A program made the position numbers and the translations under genes. Below the pieces are notes generated by a model. It searched no databases. It saw only the letters and a list, made by a program, of their open reading frames with translations, and was not told the DNA's origin. A DNA stretch of 64,000 nt from Bugula neritina (Eukaryota; Animalia; Bryozoa). The stretch's first letter is position 1, and each line of letters opens with the position of its first letter. The DNA is taken from assembly GCA_964035545.1 (NCBI GenBank), contig OZ037767.1, forward strand, positions 6,030,707-6,094,706, written 5' to 3'. Below, piece after piece: positions 63,510 to 64,000 of this stretch.

Positions 63510-64000
63510 GTAATTGTGAAGGATTTACCATGTGGTCTTGAAGTAGGAATGTAGTTAGACTAGCATGTTATAACATCTACACATGCAGAAGGGTACGTCA
63601 TGACCTTGACTCGCTAGGCACATGAAACTGTCTAAAAGTGTAACACAGAGCACTGCTTGTGATCAGTTTTGATATTACCTTAAATTTCGTATTAAATACA
63701 CTTTACTCTTTGATACCCTTAATATGTTTACCTGTTAGCTGAACCGCTCTAAGGTCAAAGGTAAGTCTCATAAAAACAAGTCGCAGTATAATTGTTTACG
63801 TTGAATTTTATTTCGACATGATGGAGTAAATGTTCTGGCCTTTCGCCCATAGCCTAGTTCGAAGTTTCAATGCTGGAGAGGTTGACCCTTAGCAATTTGT
63901 ATAAATTTTTTACTGAACAAAATAAACTCATAGTTCAGCAAACTGATTTCCTTTCAATTGTTCTACTTTGAGTAATTGTATGCTTGCAGGTGAAAACTAG

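Noticed and set aside
1-64000. Prokaryotic-type system (operon, defence island, prophage) or horizontally acquired gene
   Set aside because: Every recognisable gene has spliceosomal introns and belongs to an animal family; no intact transposase, reverse transcriptase or viral ORF was seen.

Overview
AT-rich, intron-rich DNA from an invertebrate animal genome (not prokaryotic; most ORFs in the supplied track are spurious or partial exons). Joining exons by hand at GT-AG sites gives eight protein-coding loci: the last three coding exons of a UBR1/UBR2-type N-end-rule E3 ligase (+), a 3-exon Fos/ATF3-family bZIP gene (+), a GT10 alpha-1,3-fucosyltransferase with a very long repeat-built stem (+), a convergent galactose-3-O-sulfotransferase (GAL3ST)-like gene (-), two tandem SLC52 riboflavin-transporter paralogues with identical 5-exon structure (-), an APLF-type FHA protein with an acidic/basic disordered tail (+), and the first exons of an HHIP-like gene (+). 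Non-coding DNA holds a tRNA-headed SINE family with target-site duplications, several MITE families (one nested insertion), a probable hAT transposase relic, minisatellites and hammerhead-like motifs. Most notable: one SLC52 copy has lost a whole set of conserved residues while staying intact; the sulfotransferase has both PAPS-binding motifs altered; the APLF-like protein lacks PBZ fingers; several minisatellites are built from splice signals. Family assignments rest on remembered motifs, not on database searches.
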